Positions 20,048 through 30,122 of a stretch of 64,000 nucleotides of DNA are shown piece by piece. Origin of the DNA: Bacillales bacterium (GTDB lineage: Bacteria; Bacillota; Bacilli; CAJFEE01); contig JAQSYP010000003.1 in NCBI GenBank assembly GCA_029256085.1, forward strand, positions 127,193-191,192, read 5' to 3'. The notes below the pieces were generated by a model. The model made no database searches. It saw only the letters and a list, made by a program, of their open reading frames with translations, and was not told where the DNA came from. A program made the translations under genes and the position numbers. Numbering within the stretch: position 1 is the first letter of the stretch; the number at the start of each line of letters is the position of its first letter.

Positions 20048-21082
20048 ATGGGGAACTATATAAGTTATCTGGAGCGTCTAAAAGGAAGAAGTTTACTAGA
20101 GGACGTAATAAGTAGTGACGGAGTATTACTTATAGCAAAAGGATGTATTTTATCTGAGTCACACATTAAACTTTTAAGGAAGTTTAATTTGCAAGATAAA
20201 ATTAGAACAGGTTCTGCCATCGATTTACTTGACGGTGATTTCGAAAGGTCTATGGAAGCATCGATTACGTATATGAATGAAATTTTTCATTTGGCCGCAC
20301 TTGGAAAACTTCCTTCGTTAAATGAATTTAGAGAAACATTTGCACCGTTAATGAAGAAAATTGTTTATAGGCTGAACGTAACTCAAAATATGTATTCACT
20401 AAAGAAACATGACACGTATACTTATGCTCATTCCGTTAATGTTGGGTTTCTAAGTGGGTTCATAGGTCGGGTCCTTAACCTATCACCAGAAAATGTATCA
20501 CTTCTTTGTGAGGTTGGATTGCTTCATGATATAGGTAAATCAAAAATTGACAAAAATTTATTGAATAAATGTGATAGTTTAGAAATTGAGGAACTTGAAG
20601 AAATTAGGCTACACACATACTATGGTTATAACCTTTTAACAGAAATGGTTGGTAACAATACACAAATTATTAACGGAGCACTTTTACATCACGAACGTCT
20701 TGATGGGTCAGGGTATCCCCTAAAAATTCAGCATGATAATATACCATGGTACGTCCAAATTTTAATGGTCGCAGATATTTACGATGCAATGGTAACAAGA
20801 AGAGCGTATAAAGAAAAGCGCACGCCTTTTTATGCTCTAAATGAGTTAAGAGTTGAGATGTTTAATAAAAAAATTAATCCCAAAATAGTCATTCCATTTT
20901 ATGCTTATCTTTTGAGACAATATATTCACTCGTACGTTGTTTTAAGTGATATGTCATATGGTGAAGTCGTGTTTATTTTTAATGATCAACCAGAAAGACC
21001 ATTAGTTAGAATTGAGAAACAAATTATTGATTTACGGAAGCATCCAGAGCTTAGTATAATAGAAGTGAAGCCATTTCTTTAG
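20048..21082 (+). CDS. HD-GYP domain c-di-GMP phosphodiesterase
   Basis: HSVNV...GLLHDIGK and LHHERLDGSGYP signatures. It starts 17 nt after the capA-like stop. Confidence 0.85.
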   Translation: MGNYISYLERLKGRSLLEDVISSDGVLLIAKGCILSESHIKLLRKFNLQDKIRTGSAIDLLDGDFERSMEASITYMNEIFHLAALGKLPSLNEFRETFAPLMKKIVYRLNVTQNMYSLKKHDTYTYAHSVNVGFLSGFIGRVLNLSPENVSLLCEVGLLHDIGKSKIDKNLLNKCDSLEIEELEEIRLHTYYGYNLLTEMVGNNTQIINGALLHHERLDGSGYPLKIQHDNIPWYVQILMVADIYDAMVTRRAYKEKRTPFYALNELRVEMFNKKINPKIVIPFYAYLLRQYIHSYVVLSDMSYGEVVFIFNDQPERPLVRIEKQIIDLRKHPELSIIEVKPFL

Positions 21083-21098
21083 GATGGGAGGAAAAACT

Positions 21099-21362
21099 AT
21101 GACTACAAAAAATGTCGTAGAACTAATTGTAAGGGACTATATTAAAGAAAACAAACAAATTATCGATCAACTTAGCGGTAGTAATATAAATATCGATGAC
21201 GTAATTGCAATTGTACTTAATAAAATAAAACCTAGATACGTAACGAAGGAGTCTGGTGAAGCGTTTGTAAAAGCAGAATATTTTAACCAGCAAAACCAGG
21301 TTGATACATTAAAAGTAATCTTAGAAGCAATTGAACAAGTTAAACAAAATCCTAAAAGATAA
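21099..21362 (+). CDS. ComFB-like small protein (late competence development protein ComFB family)
   Basis: DDVIAIVLNKIKPRYVT aligns with the B. subtilis ComFB segment DVLALSLNKVSPSYVT, and the size is similar (87 aa). ATG at 21099 follows GGGAGGA; the ATG at 21084 lies inside the RBS. No cysteine is present. Confidence 0.6.
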   Translation: MTTKNVVELIVRDYIKENKQIIDQLSGSNINIDDVIAIVLNKIKPRYVTKESGEAFVKAEYFNQQNQVDTLKVILEAIEQVKQNPKR

Positions 21363-21365
21363 TAA

Positions 21366-21408
21366 AAAAGCAAGGTTCACATTAAACTAGGAACCTTGCT
21401 TTTTATTA
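21366..21408. terminator. Bidirectional intrinsic terminator (ComFB-like gene / ltaS-like gene)
   Basis: 13-bp stem AAAAGCAAGGTTC / GAACCTTGCTTTT, with an A-run on one side and a T-run on the other. Confidence 0.75.
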
Positions 21409-21430
21409 TTAAAAGTATAATCTTGTAAAC

Positions 21431-23293
21431 TTATTTAGTAATAATTTCTAAAGCAACATTATTACTTAGAATAAAATCGGATATTTCTACGTATTTAACT
21501 ATACGTTTATATCCTTTTAAACAGTATGAATTATTAACAATTTTTTTTGTCTTATTATGAGAGCACACTCCATTCTCAAATATTCCATCGTGGGAAGCTA
21601 CATAATCATACTTATCTGTATAAAATGATTTCTTTGTAGTCTCATATTGAAAACCAACAAAGCCTTCTCCTTCTGTATCTAATGACTCCCCTAATTGTAA
21701 TAAAGGGCTATCAATTCCAAGTAAAGAAGTTAAAGTTGGATAGATATCAAGTTGGCTTCCTAACTTTGAAATAACTTTTCCATTTTTTTGATTAGGATGG
21801 TGAATGACCAATGGGACCCTAAACATTTCTTTTTGATCAAAAGTAATGTTTATTAATTTCTTTATTTCAGGAGCGTCGCTAGGTACTGGACCATAATGAT
21901 CACCATAAATCACAAAAATAGAATTATCCCAAATCCCTTCTTCTTTAAGTATATTTATAAAATCACCTAATGCAGAATCAAAGTAAAACGCACTTTGGAG
22001 GTAATTACCTGTTACAGTACCTTTAAACTCATTAGGAAGTTTTAATTTCTGATATTTTTTAGGCAAATCAAATGGTCTATGATGAGTTAATGTAACAATA
22101 AAACTGTAGAATGGTGAATTGTATCCTTTGTAAATTTTTGACATCTGTTCAAAAATACTCTTATCAGAGATACCCATTCCGATAATTTCATCCTTTGTTA
22201 TCCTTTTATGATCTATATGATAGAAAGTCTCGAATCCTTGTGTAATATAAGCTTCCTGTCTATTCCAAAAACTAGGGGAGTTACCGTGAGTAGCACTTGT
22301 TATGTAACCGTTTTTTTTCAACACATTTGCCAAGGACAAGTAATTATTCTTTGGATAAGTTTTATATATTCCACTTGGTGCAACAGGAATTAGGGAATTA
22401 TTTGCAACAAACTCTGCATCAGAAGTGTTTCCTCTTCCAATTTGTAGAAATATGTTATTGTAATAATTACTTTCACGAATTAAATTATTTAAATTAGGAG
22501 TAATTTCCTGGTTATTTATTTTTAAATTTACTAGGAAGTTATTAAAAGATTCAGCTTGAATCATTATTAAATTTGCATCTTTAAAATTACCGAAATGGGC
22601 TACTTGTGTTTGTTTAGTTTGTTGTTCTTTAAAAAACTTTTTGTGTATTTCAAGCTCTTTTATTTTTTGATTTGCATATTTTTTACTTTCAAGTTTCTTG
22701 AGTACATATTCGTGTACATCGTAAATATGTGTAGAAACTACACCTGTAAGAGCAACGCGATATTGAGTACTATAATTTGACTTTAATATGAATAATGTAT
22801 TTGTTATAAGTATTGCTAGTAAAGGAATTAATAAAACTACAGAGTGTTTTTTTAATCTTGGTAACTCAATAAAATTAAGGTATTTATATAAAATTAGGAC
22901 TAAGATTATATCTAGTATATAAAGTATATCTTTTGTTCTGGTTAAGGACGCAATAGAATCAAATATTTCGAATACTTGATTAGATTGGGATAGGTTATAA
23001 ACTGATAAAATACTATCATAATATCTTTCATATAGTACATCCGATAATATAAGTAAAGAAAAAGAACTATAAATAATACCAAATAGTATGAGACGCGTCT
23101 TATTTTTAAAGTTGGCTAAAGATAAATAAATTATTGATATAAATAAGGTAGAGTTAATTAGTATAAATTTTTTATGTGGGCTTAATTGAAGTTCATAAAC
23201 GAAATAAATATTTTTTAAAGTCCAAATTGTTATTATAAATGATAATAACAAAAACGTAATAAAATATCGGTTATTTAAAATTTTTCTAAACAA
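21431..23293 (-). CDS. LTA synthase family protein (polytopic N-domain plus extracellular sulfatase-like domain)
   Basis: About 5 N-terminal TM segments, then a sulfatase-type domain (MIQAESFNNF, GNTSDAEF, ATHGNSPSFWNR, GDHYG). Confidence 0.8.
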   Translation of the reverse strand: MFRKILNNRYFITFLLLSFIITIWTLKNIYFVYELQLSPHKKFILINSTLFISIIYLSLANFKNKTRLILFGIIYSSFSLLILSDVLYERYYDSILSVYNLSQSNQVFEIFDSIASLTRTKDILYILDIILVLILYKYLNFIELPRLKKHSVVLLIPLLAILITNTLFILKSNYSTQYRVALTGVVSTHIYDVHEYVLKKLESKKYANQKIKELEIHKKFFKEQQTKQTQVAHFGNFKDANLIMIQAESFNNFLVNLKINNQEITPNLNNLIRESNYYNNIFLQIGRGNTSDAEFVANNSLIPVAPSGIYKTYPKNNYLSLANVLKKNGYITSATHGNSPSFWNRQEAYITQGFETFYHIDHKRITKDEIIGMGISDKSIFEQMSKIYKGYNSPFYSFIVTLTHHRPFDLPKKYQKLKLPNEFKGTVTGNYLQSAFYFDSALGDFINILKEEGIWDNSIFVIYGDHYGPVPSDAPEIKKLINITFDQKEMFRVPLVIHHPNQKNGKVISKLGSQLDIYPTLTSLLGIDSPLLQLGESLDTEGEGFVGFQYETTKKSFYTDKYDYVASHDGIFENGVCSHNKTKKIVNNSYCLKGYKRIVKYVEISDFILSNNVALEIITK

Positions 23294-23484
23294 TTTAGAT
23301 CACTTCCCTGGATGATGATGATTTCAAAACATAATATTAACACAATAAAGATATTAAGCAAAACTACTAAGCAATAAGTACTATTTGTTAAGAAATTATT
23401 ACGAATCCTGTTGTATTATGAAATATAACGTATTTTTATAGTATAATAGAATAACATAGTCCAAGACTTATAGGAGGTTGCTTA

Positions 23485-25773
23485 ATGAGATATATACAAA
23501 TATTAGTTATGTCTGTGATTGCAATATTCTCTTTTTGTGATATTGCTTTTGCTAACATAAACTATAATAGATTGACCGGCACTGATAGGTACGAAGTAAG
23601 TTCAAATATAGCAAAAAATAATTGGAGTAGTGGCGCTGATACTATAATTATAGTTAGTGGGGAAGTGTATTCGGATGCTTTGCCAGCAGCAACTATAGCT
23701 TATAAAAATGATGCTCCAATCTTACTTGTCAGGAATAAATCATTACCACAATCTATTCGAGATACTATTACGGGAACTTTAAAACCTAAAAAAGCTATAA
23801 TTATTGGCGGAGAAGGTACTATTTCAAAATTTACGGAAAATGAACTACGTCGCATAGTCCCAACTGTAACTAGAATTGGTGGAATAAATAGATACGAAAT
23901 TTCTAAGAATATTTCAGAACAATTACCTGCTACAGATACGGCAGTAATTGTAAGTGGCTCAGTTTTTGCAGATGCATTATCGATTGGCCCGTTCGCCGCA
24001 AAAAACGGGTATCCAATATTTCTTACAAGACCACTGGCATTGCCAGTTGAAATAGAAAAATCTTTAGTTCAACAAAACATAAAAAAAGTATTCATTATAG
24101 GTGGTTATGGCAGTGTTTCTAAGAATATTCATGACCAATTAAAAGGAAAAGGTATATCAATAACTCATATAACTGGACAAGATAGATATGAGGTTGCTTC
24201 TAAAGTCGCAACAACTCTAGAAGATTATTCTGGAAGAGCATTCCTAGCAACAGGACTAACATTTGGAGATGCGCTAACTGCATCAGTGCCAGCAGCAAAG
24301 AAGAATATGCCAATTTTATTAGCTAGAAGTAATATTGCACCTAGTGCGACACAAAACGCCATATATAATAAAGAATTTTTCAATGTAACAGTTCTTGGTG
24401 GTACTGGATCATTACCAGAAAAAATTATTAATAGTTTACTAAGCTTTAAGACGGCTACTTTTAAGTCAGACGGAACATATACACTTGATACAGCAAATTA
24501 CTCATCTTTTCAAGAGGCTGCACTAAATATTTCTGCTAGAACTGATAGGGGTGTGTTATTTGGAAAGAGAGTTCTTAAGGTTGGTTCGGGAACGGTAAAA
24601 GTTTTACCAATTACTGCGAATTTGTATAGTGATTCAACACTTAGTTCTGCCAAAACCTACGTACCGAAGGATACTCAATTAATTATCCAAGAATCTACCG
24701 ATAAATATATAAAAGTTAAATTAGCGGATTCTAGTGCATATATGAAGTTAGATGATGTAGAAATTCAGCCTTGGATAGTAAGTGCTAAAGTACGTGATAA
24801 GTATGCAGTTAATTCTAATGGGGATTTACTAAGGTATTTTGGTAGCTATTCACTAGCTGTTGGGAAAGCGCCTTCGAAAATGATTGTAGGTAAATTTTAC
24901 TACAGTTCAGACGGTTATAATTTTTATAATGATGTATATGAAAAATCATACTTTACAAGTTATAGACAATATTTCCAGTATTTACCTGTAAGAACTAAAA
25001 CAAAATATACAGCACAAGAATTGTTATCATATGTTAATAGTTTATCTTCTGTTACTGAACTGGAGAGAAGATATAACGCAACACATGCTGTACCTAAGAC
25101 TAGTCCATTTAGAGATATAAAAGTTATTCAAGAATTTATTAACGCCCAAAACGATTTGCAGATTAACGCATTATTTATATTCGCAACTGCAGCTCATGAA
25201 AGTGGTTGGGGATTAGGTGAAGTAGCTGTAAACACTAATAACTTATTCTCAATAAAGGCTTTTGACAGCAATACTGGATTAGCAACAAAATACGCAGATT
25301 ACAGAAGTTCAATTAGAGACTTTGCTTTAAATTATATGGCTAAGGGATATTCAGATCCTAGTGATTGGAGATATAATTCCAGTGTTGTGGGACATAAAAC
25401 TTTAGGATTTAATGTTAAATACGCGTCGGATCCTGATTGGGGTCAAAAAATTGCAGGCCATATGTATAGAGCAGATAAATTTCTAGGGAAAAAAGATACC
25501 GAGCAATATAAACTTGCGTTTACAAAGAGTGATTTTAATATAAGGTCTACACCTTCAACATCTGGAAGTATTATTTACACCGTTCCTAGAAATGGATTTA
25601 GTTTGGCTGTATTAAACTATTCTAATCCGATTACCGATAACTCAGGCTACAAATGGTATAAAGTAATTTCAGACAAAATGAATGTTATTCCATCAATTAC
25701 TAACAACGTGTATGATGCGAAGGTTACTTATAAAGAAGGATATATCCGACAGGATGGTATTACTTTTAGATAA
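23485..25773 (+). CDS. Cell-wall hydrolase: signal peptide, three CWB2 (cell wall binding repeat 2) modules, SH3b-like segments and a glucosaminidase (GH73-type) domain
   Basis: Repeats RLTGTDRYEVSSNIA, IGGINRYEISKNIS and ITGQDRYEVASKVA. Catalytic-region FATAAHESGWG. C-terminal FNIRSTPS...GYKWYKVISD looks SH3b-like. Confidence 0.8.
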   Translation: MRYIQILVMSVIAIFSFCDIAFANINYNRLTGTDRYEVSSNIAKNNWSSGADTIIIVSGEVYSDALPAATIAYKNDAPILLVRNKSLPQSIRDTITGTLKPKKAIIIGGEGTISKFTENELRRIVPTVTRIGGINRYEISKNISEQLPATDTAVIVSGSVFADALSIGPFAAKNGYPIFLTRPLALPVEIEKSLVQQNIKKVFIIGGYGSVSKNIHDQLKGKGISITHITGQDRYEVASKVATTLEDYSGRAFLATGLTFGDALTASVPAAKKNMPILLARSNIAPSATQNAIYNKEFFNVTVLGGTGSLPEKIINSLLSFKTATFKSDGTYTLDTANYSSFQEAALNISARTDRGVLFGKRVLKVGSGTVKVLPITANLYSDSTLSSAKTYVPKDTQLIIQESTDKYIKVKLADSSAYMKLDDVEIQPWIVSAKVRDKYAVNSNGDLLRYFGSYSLAVGKAPSKMIVGKFYYSSDGYNFYNDVYEKSYFTSYRQYFQYLPVRTKTKYTAQELLSYVNSLSSVTELERRYNATHAVPKTSPFRDIKVIQEFINAQNDLQINALFIFATAAHESGWGLGEVAVNTNNLFSIKAFDSNTGLATKYADYRSSIRDFALNYMAKGYSDPSDWRYNSSVVGHKTLGFNVKYASDPDWGQKIAGHMYRADKFLGKKDTEQYKLAFTKSDFNIRSTPSTSGSIIYTVPRNGFSLAVLNYSNPITDNSGYKWYKVISDKMNVIPSITNNVYDAKVTYKEGYIRQDGITFR

Positions 25774-25808
25774 AGTGTTATAGCATATATCGTCCTGGGG
25801 GTCGTTAA

Positions 25809-27335
25809 GTGAAAAATAGTTTAATAAAAATAATGTTTGTTTTAATAATCATTGCTCTAATAAGAGATGATGTAGCTAATGCTGCATCAGTAAATAGGCT
25901 TTCCGGGCAAGATAGGTATGAGGTTTCAGTTAGCATATCTAAATCTGGATGGTCACAAAATTCCGTGGAAGTTATACTAGTTAATGGATATGCTATTGCA
26001 GATGCGCTATGTGCAGGACCGCTTGCTTATGATTATAAAGCTCCTATTCTTTTGACGACTTATAATGATATTCCCAAAGCGGTTTTAGATGAGATAGAAA
26101 GACTTCAGCCTACTAGGGTTACTATAGTTGGTGGTGATGCAAGTGTACCACACAAGCAAATTTCTCAAATAAAAGAACGTCTACCAAACGTTGTAATTGA
26201 AAGAATATCAGGGAAAAATAGGTATGAGGTATCAGCTAATATTGCCCAAAAGGTTGGCGGCACTGAGGATGTTTTCTTAACATCTGGTACTGAGTTTGCT
26301 GATGCGCTTACTGTTTCATCGTATGCAAGTTTAAATAAGATACCTATAATAATAACTAGATCGAACTTTATTCCGGAAGAAGTTAGCGGAACTTTAAATA
26401 ATTATTCTAAAGTTAAGATAGTTGGGGGCACTGCCAGTGTTTCTGAAGAAATAGAACAAATTCTATCATCTGGCAAAATAGTAAGTAGAATAAGTGGTAA
26501 AGATAGGTATGAAGTTAATACTAATTTTATAAATAATTACTACGCAAATCCAAACAAACTGTTCATTGCATATGGCTATGCACCAGCAGATGCACTATCT
26601 GGAGCTGTAGTATCTGCAATTCAAAAAGTTCCACTTGCGTTAACTAGAAAAGATAGATTACCTGAAGAGCTTAAATCAATAATAATATCAAATAACATTG
26701 AACAGTTTACTATTTTAGGCGGGGAAGGGTCAGTTCAGAATAATGTGCAAACTTTAATATCAAATCCAGTTACTGGAAAAGTTATTGTAATTGATGCAGG
26801 TCATGGTGGTTTAGATAATGGTGCCAGTGGAAATGGAATTGTAGAGAAAGAGCTAAATTTAGATATCGCATTAAGACTTAAGACTAAAATTACAAATAGT
26901 TTGGCATTGATAAAAATGACAAGAGAAACCGATGATTACCTTCAGTTAATCGATAGAGCTAATATTGCCAATTGTATAAACCAAAGTGCAGAATGTAAGA
27001 AAGCTGATATTTTTGTAAGTATACATGGTAATTCGTACACTAGTTCCACTGCCAAGGGTACTGAAACTTATTGGAGTAATGATTATGAATCTTTGAAAAG
27101 TAATTTGTTGGCTACTTCAATCCAAAATAGGTTATATGTTTCGTTAGGTACTGTCAATAGAGGGGTAAAGGAATATGATTATTCTGTTCTCCGAAACACA
27201 ACTATGCCGTCTGCACTTGTTGAATTGGGTTTTTTATCTAATCCCGAAGACGCTGCTAAATTAAAAAATACTTATTATAGGGATAAGGCAACAAACGCTA
27301 TCTATACAGGAATAGTAGATTATTTCAAAAAGTAA
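25809..27335 (+). CDS. N-acetylmuramoyl-L-alanine amidase, LytC(CwlB)-like (three CWB2 repeats plus Amidase_3)
   Basis: RLSGQDRYEVSVSIS, ISGKNRYEVSANIA and ISGKDRYEVNTNF. Catalytic VIVIDAGHGGLDNGASGNG...SIHGNS...ELGFLSN. Same architecture and about the same length as B. subtilis LytC. Confidence 0.85.
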   Translation: MKNSLIKIMFVLIIIALIRDDVANAASVNRLSGQDRYEVSVSISKSGWSQNSVEVILVNGYAIADALCAGPLAYDYKAPILLTTYNDIPKAVLDEIERLQPTRVTIVGGDASVPHKQISQIKERLPNVVIERISGKNRYEVSANIAQKVGGTEDVFLTSGTEFADALTVSSYASLNKIPIIITRSNFIPEEVSGTLNNYSKVKIVGGTASVSEEIEQILSSGKIVSRISGKDRYEVNTNFINNYYANPNKLFIAYGYAPADALSGAVVSAIQKVPLALTRKDRLPEELKSIIISNNIEQFTILGGEGSVQNNVQTLISNPVTGKVIVIDAGHGGLDNGASGNGIVEKELNLDIALRLKTKITNSLALIKMTRETDDYLQLIDRANIANCINQSAECKKADIFVSIHGNSYTSSTAKGTETYWSNDYESLKSNLLATSIQNRLYVSLGTVNRGVKEYDYSVLRNTTMPSALVELGFLSNPEDAAKLKNTYYRDKATNAIYTGIVDYFKK

Positions 27336-27336
27336 T

Positions 27337-27375
27337 AATATGGGGTGTCCAAATTGGCATCCCCATATTTTATTT
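27337..27375 (+). terminator. Intrinsic terminator after the amidase gene
   Basis: Stem AATATGGGG...CCCCATATT followed by TTTATTT. Confidence 0.55.
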
Positions 27376-27442
27376 GAATTTCAACTAAAATTGGTAAGAT
27401 GGTTATGTTTATAGTATCATTTATTTAGTAATTTTTATTGGA

Positions 27443-28687
27443 GTGATTATGTTGTCAAAAGCTAGGACATTATTTTTATTAACTAATAGATACCCGTATA
27501 GGCCTGGCGAAGAGTTTCTAGAGGAAGAAATAAAGAAACTTAGTCAAAGTTTTGATAATGTTTATATAATCCCATTTGTAAAAAACCTTAGGGTAGAAGA
27601 TAGAAGAAATGACCTTCCCAATAATGTAGTGGTAAAAGATATATTAGTTTCTAATAATAATAGGTTGAGGATGATAATTGATTCATTTGTTACTCTATTT
27701 GATATTCAAGTGCTTAAATGGATTTTATCAGAAAAGGGAAAAGCAATAAAACATGGCATGAACGGTCTTAAAAAGATGATAATTTGGATAATATTGGCAA
27801 GCAAACTAAAAAAAGCCATAATCAAATCATATAAAAATAATTTTGATTTAGGAAATGTTTATTTTTATTCCTACTGGTTATCCCCAACTGCATTAGCACT
27901 TGCACTAGCAAAAGATGATATTGATATATACGCTATTTCAAGGGTTCATGGAACGGATTTGTTTGAAGAAAGACATAGTCCACCATATTTACCTTTTCAA
28001 GAAAAGGTAATTAATACTTTAAACCATACAATATCTGTTTCAAAAATGGGAACAGAATATTTGGAGCAGAAATTTAGATTGGAAAGTAAGGTTTCAACTA
28101 GTTATCTTGGAACCAGAAGAATTAATAAGATTAACAAAAGATCAAATGATCGATTCTATAGAATAGTTTCGTGTTCATATATGGTACCTATTAAGAGATT
28201 ACACTTAATTATAGATAGCCTAGAAAAAATAGATTTGAAATTAGAATGGACACATATTGGTGGCGGCCCCTTAAAAGATGAATTGACAGAGTTATCAAAG
28301 AGTATACCGAAGAATGTAACTGTAAATTTTCTAGATACTATGAATAATAATGATGTTATGGATTATTATACAGAAGTTCCAATTGACCTATTTATAAATG
28401 TTTCGGAGTTGGAAGGTTTACCAGTTTCGATAATGGAAGTTTTTTCGGTTGGAATCCCAGTTTGTGCAACAGATGTTGGTGGAACAAGTGAAATCGTAAA
28501 TGAGAAAAATGGATATTTACTAGAAAAAAAATTCAAAGCGAGCGATCTAAGAGAGGTTATTTTAAATCATTTTAATAAAAGTCAGCATGAAATAGAAGAA
28601 ATGCGAAAATGTGCATATGAGACGTGGTGTAAGTCGTTTTCATCCGAGGAAAATTATAGTAAGTTTATAAGAGAGTATTTAAATTAA
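27443..28687 (+). CDS. Glycosyltransferase family 4
   Basis: SELEGLPVSIMEVFSVGIPVCATDVGGTSEIV (EX7E-type signature). The start is ambiguous (GTG 27443, ATG 27449 or TTG 27452, after TGGAG). Confidence 0.8.
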   Translation: MIMLSKARTLFLLTNRYPYRPGEEFLEEEIKKLSQSFDNVYIIPFVKNLRVEDRRNDLPNNVVVKDILVSNNNRLRMIIDSFVTLFDIQVLKWILSEKGKAIKHGMNGLKKMIIWIILASKLKKAIIKSYKNNFDLGNVYFYSYWLSPTALALALAKDDIDIYAISRVHGTDLFEERHSPPYLPFQEKVINTLNHTISVSKMGTEYLEQKFRLESKVSTSYLGTRRINKINKRSNDRFYRIVSCSYMVPIKRLHLIIDSLEKIDLKLEWTHIGGGPLKDELTELSKSIPKNVTVNFLDTMNNNDVMDYYTEVPIDLFINVSELEGLPVSIMEVFSVGIPVCATDVGGTSEIVNEKNGYLLEKKFKASDLREVILNHFNKSQHEIEEMRKCAYETWCKSFSSEENYSKFIREYLN

Positions 28688-28787
28688 AACTTAAATTAAT
28701 GTTTTATGACCAATTTAAGTTTAACTGATTAAGGTAATAAAAATTAACAATTATTCTAGTTTTAAAACACCGGGGAAGGGAGTAGAT

Positions 28788-30119
28788 ATGAGTACAAATT
28801 CCTTTGCTAAAAATAGTCTTATTACATTACTAAGGCAGGTTATTAGTATTTTATTAGGGTTGGTTTTCTCTATTATAATAGCTAGGGTTTTAGGGCCAGA
28901 AAACCAAGGGAAGTATAGTCTGATTATCTTAGTGCCTACAATAATTATAACGTTCATGAACCTCGGAATCGGTATGTCAACTGCATTTTACGTTAGCAAA
29001 AAAGAAATAGAAGTCCAAAGAGCAGTATCTATCAATTTATTTTTAGGGACTATTTTAGCAGTTTTAGGCTTTATAGGTGGTGCTTTTTTTATTTATTTTT
29101 GGGGCAAGCATTTTATTGATGACGTAAATATGAGTATGCTATTACTTGCTTTAGTTTCTCTACCGTTCTTGTTTTTCACTAATTTCTTACAACCGGTTTT
29201 TCAAGGTATTCAAGATTTTGTGACCTTTAATAAAGTGTTGTTAATCCAACAATTAAGTAATTTATTGTTATTTGTCATCCTGGCTCTAATTTTCTCAGAC
29301 AAGCTTTTAGTAGCTATTTTTGCATTTTTAATTAGTTTTTTAATATCAAATTTCTATATATTACTATCTCTTAAAAGTAAAAAGTTACTTAATTTCTCAT
29401 GGAACCACATTAGAAAGAAGGATATTATGTCCTTAAGTATTTATGGGATAAAAGCACACTTAAGTAACATTATTACCTTTTTAAACTACCGACTAGATAT
29501 GTTTTTATTAGGTTATTTTCTTAGTCCACTATACGTGGGCTATTATTCTGTAGCTGTTAGTATCTCGGAAAAGTTATCGGTATTCTCACAAGCAATTTCA
29601 GCTGTTCTACTACCTAGTATTTCCGCAAGTAGTAGTAATGAAAATAGGAATAAATTAACAGCTACAATAGTAAGGTTGTTATTCCACTTTTTACTTATTG
29701 TAATAATTATTCTTTATGCAACAATCAGCTTTTTGATAAATATTCTATTCGGTGAAGAATACTCAAACAGTATAATATTGATTATGATTCTTTTACCAGG
29801 ACTTTTTGCACTTTCCTTAGAAAGAATACTATCAAATGATCTAGCTGGGAGAGGTAAAATAGAATATAACTTATATGTATCGATATTTAATGTCATTTTA
29901 AATGTTCTACTGAATTTAGCCTTAATACCTAAAATAGGAGTAACTGCAGCGGCGATTAGTTCATCAATTACTTATGTATTAAGCTTTTTCATTAAATTGT
30001 TTCTTTTTATTAAATTTACAAAAGTTTCTCTGCTAGATTTATTTATATTAACAAGATATGATTTTGAAATTGTTGTTAAGGCATCTAATAGATTTTTGAA
30101 ATTTAGACGTGGAGGTTAA
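28788..30119 (+). CDS. Wzx-type flippase, TuaB-like (MOP superfamily)
   Basis: 443-aa polytopic protein with N-terminal SLITLLRQVISILLGLVFSIIIARVLGPENQGKY, typical of polysaccharide biosynthesis/MOP flippases. Confidence 0.8.
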   Translation: MSTNSFAKNSLITLLRQVISILLGLVFSIIIARVLGPENQGKYSLIILVPTIIITFMNLGIGMSTAFYVSKKEIEVQRAVSINLFLGTILAVLGFIGGAFFIYFWGKHFIDDVNMSMLLLALVSLPFLFFTNFLQPVFQGIQDFVTFNKVLLIQQLSNLLLFVILALIFSDKLLVAIFAFLISFLISNFYILLSLKSKKLLNFSWNHIRKKDIMSLSIYGIKAHLSNIITFLNYRLDMFLLGYFLSPLYVGYYSVAVSISEKLSVFSQAISAVLLPSISASSSNENRNKLTATIVRLLFHFLLIVIIILYATISFLINILFGEEYSNSIILIMILLPGLFALSLERILSNDLAGRGKIEYNLYVSIFNVILNVLLNLALIPKIGVTAAAISSSITYVLSFFIKLFLFIKFTKVSLLDLFILTRYDFEIVVKASNRFLKFRRGG

Positions 30120-30122
30120 CAG

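Noticed and set aside
28687-28722. 11-bp hairpin AAACTTAAATT/AATTTAAGTTT after the GT4 gene (possible terminator)
   Set aside because: The stem is almost entirely A-T and there is no following T-run. It is probably too weak to act as an intrinsic terminator, and the flippase gene follows in the same operon context.
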